Origin: Octopus bimaculoides
Lineage: Eukaryota
Direction: 5' to 3'
DNA: 47,055 nt
Assembly (NCBI RefSeq): GCF_001194135.2
Contig: NC_068996.1
Span: forward strand, 57,211,776-57,258,830
The position numbers and the translations under genes were made by a program. The notes under the pieces are model-generated. The model did not search any database and was not told the DNA's origin. It worked only from the letters and a program-made list of their open reading frames with translations. Shown here in pieces: positions 46,230 to 47,055 of this stretch; the stretch's first letter is position 1, and every line of letters begins with the position of its first letter.

Positions 46230-46640
46230 GGATAGACTACATTCGCCTCTATTCCCCTCTCTAACTATCTGTGACCCTCCTCTCACACTCTTACAAACTT
46301 ACCCACCCAACCTTCCCCATCCTCTGTCTGTAATCTCTCTTATACACACTTTCATGTACCTTAAATGTACATTCGGACTTCTTGTCACCACCATCATTGT
46401 CTTCTTTCTAGCTATTCCCACTCCACCCTTATATAATGTAGGGTAGCAATGTACCTCCTCTATAGCAACAATACATCTGTTCTTGTCCTTCCATCATACC
46501 TCTCAACATAAAGCCACCCCCACCTACCTAGGAAGCTTCTTTTTCTCTGACTTGTATGTTATTTGACAACCTTTATGCATGTCAATGTCACTAAAAGAGC
46601 ACCCAGTATATTTTGTAAAATGGTTGGCTTACGAAGGACA
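46230..46640 (+). mobile_element. Pyrimidine-rich repeat with partial RTE-type tail
   Basis: agcaatgtacctcctctatagc...gagcacccagtatattttgtaaaatggttggc, similar to 23250-23500. Confidence 0.45.
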
Positions 46641-46769
46641 TGCAGCCATAGAAAACGTGAAAAAAGAGAAGAATGAGTGCTAAACAATAAAGACAATCAT
46701 GATTAATATGATGTCAGTGACAACGTCGACGATGAGGATGATGATTTGTTTGGTGTAGGATGACAAAAT

Positions 46770-46915
46770 GTCAGAACATACACCTTGCAGTATTTCTTCT
46801 GGCTATTTACATTCGGAGTTCAAGTTTTACCAAGTTCAGCTATACATTGCATTCAATTTGATTTGATAAAATTAAGTACCAGTCATGAACTGGGGTTGAT
46901 GGCATCGATTAACTG
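46770..46915 (+). mobile_element. SINE-B remnant
   Basis: gagttcaagtt B-box-like motif and gataaaattaagtaccagtcatgaactggggttgat central block. Confidence 0.5.
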
Positions 46916-46930
46916 ATTCTATGTATAGCT

Positions 46931-47055
46931 ACATTGGTATGTATTGGTATGTATTGGTATGTATTGGTATGTATTGGTATGTATTGGTATGTATTAGTAT
47001 GTATTGGTATGTATTGGTATGTATTGGTATGTATTAGTATGTATTGGTATGTATT
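46931..47055. repeat. 10-bp minisatellite (GTATTGGTAT)n, about 12 copies, running off the window
   Basis: Perfect units from 46941. Variant GTATTAGTAT at 46991-47000 and 47031-47040. Confidence 0.97.

Overview
Eukaryotic, AT-rich non-coding DNA (intronic or intergenic), saturated with microsatellites and containing 11 N-gaps. The repeat families look like those of Octopus (inference from recalled repeat sequences, not from a search). I find no intact protein-coding gene, rRNA, true tRNA gene or CRISPR array, and almost all ORFs in the track are microsatellite or N-gap artefacts. The window holds decayed transposable elements: one near-complete RTE LINE (28205-31740) with three more coding fragments and many 3' tails; two R4/Dong-like LINE ends with a restriction-like endonuclease (RLE); a Tigger/pogo derivative; a mariner derivative; two Penelope-like ends; and two tRNA-headed SINE families (my labels SINE-A and SINE-B). 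There are also a few unproven exon candidates. Most notable observations: (1) an intact C4HC3 PHD finger inside the reverse-transcriptase region of the RTE ORF, seen in several copies; (2) two hammerhead-ribozyme-like folds within 300 bp; (3) a mariner made of two inverted 5' ends; (4) a repeated stem-loop module of variable copy number in the RTE 3' UTR; (5) a (TAA)n insertion hub holding a Dong-like LINE and five co-oriented SINEs.
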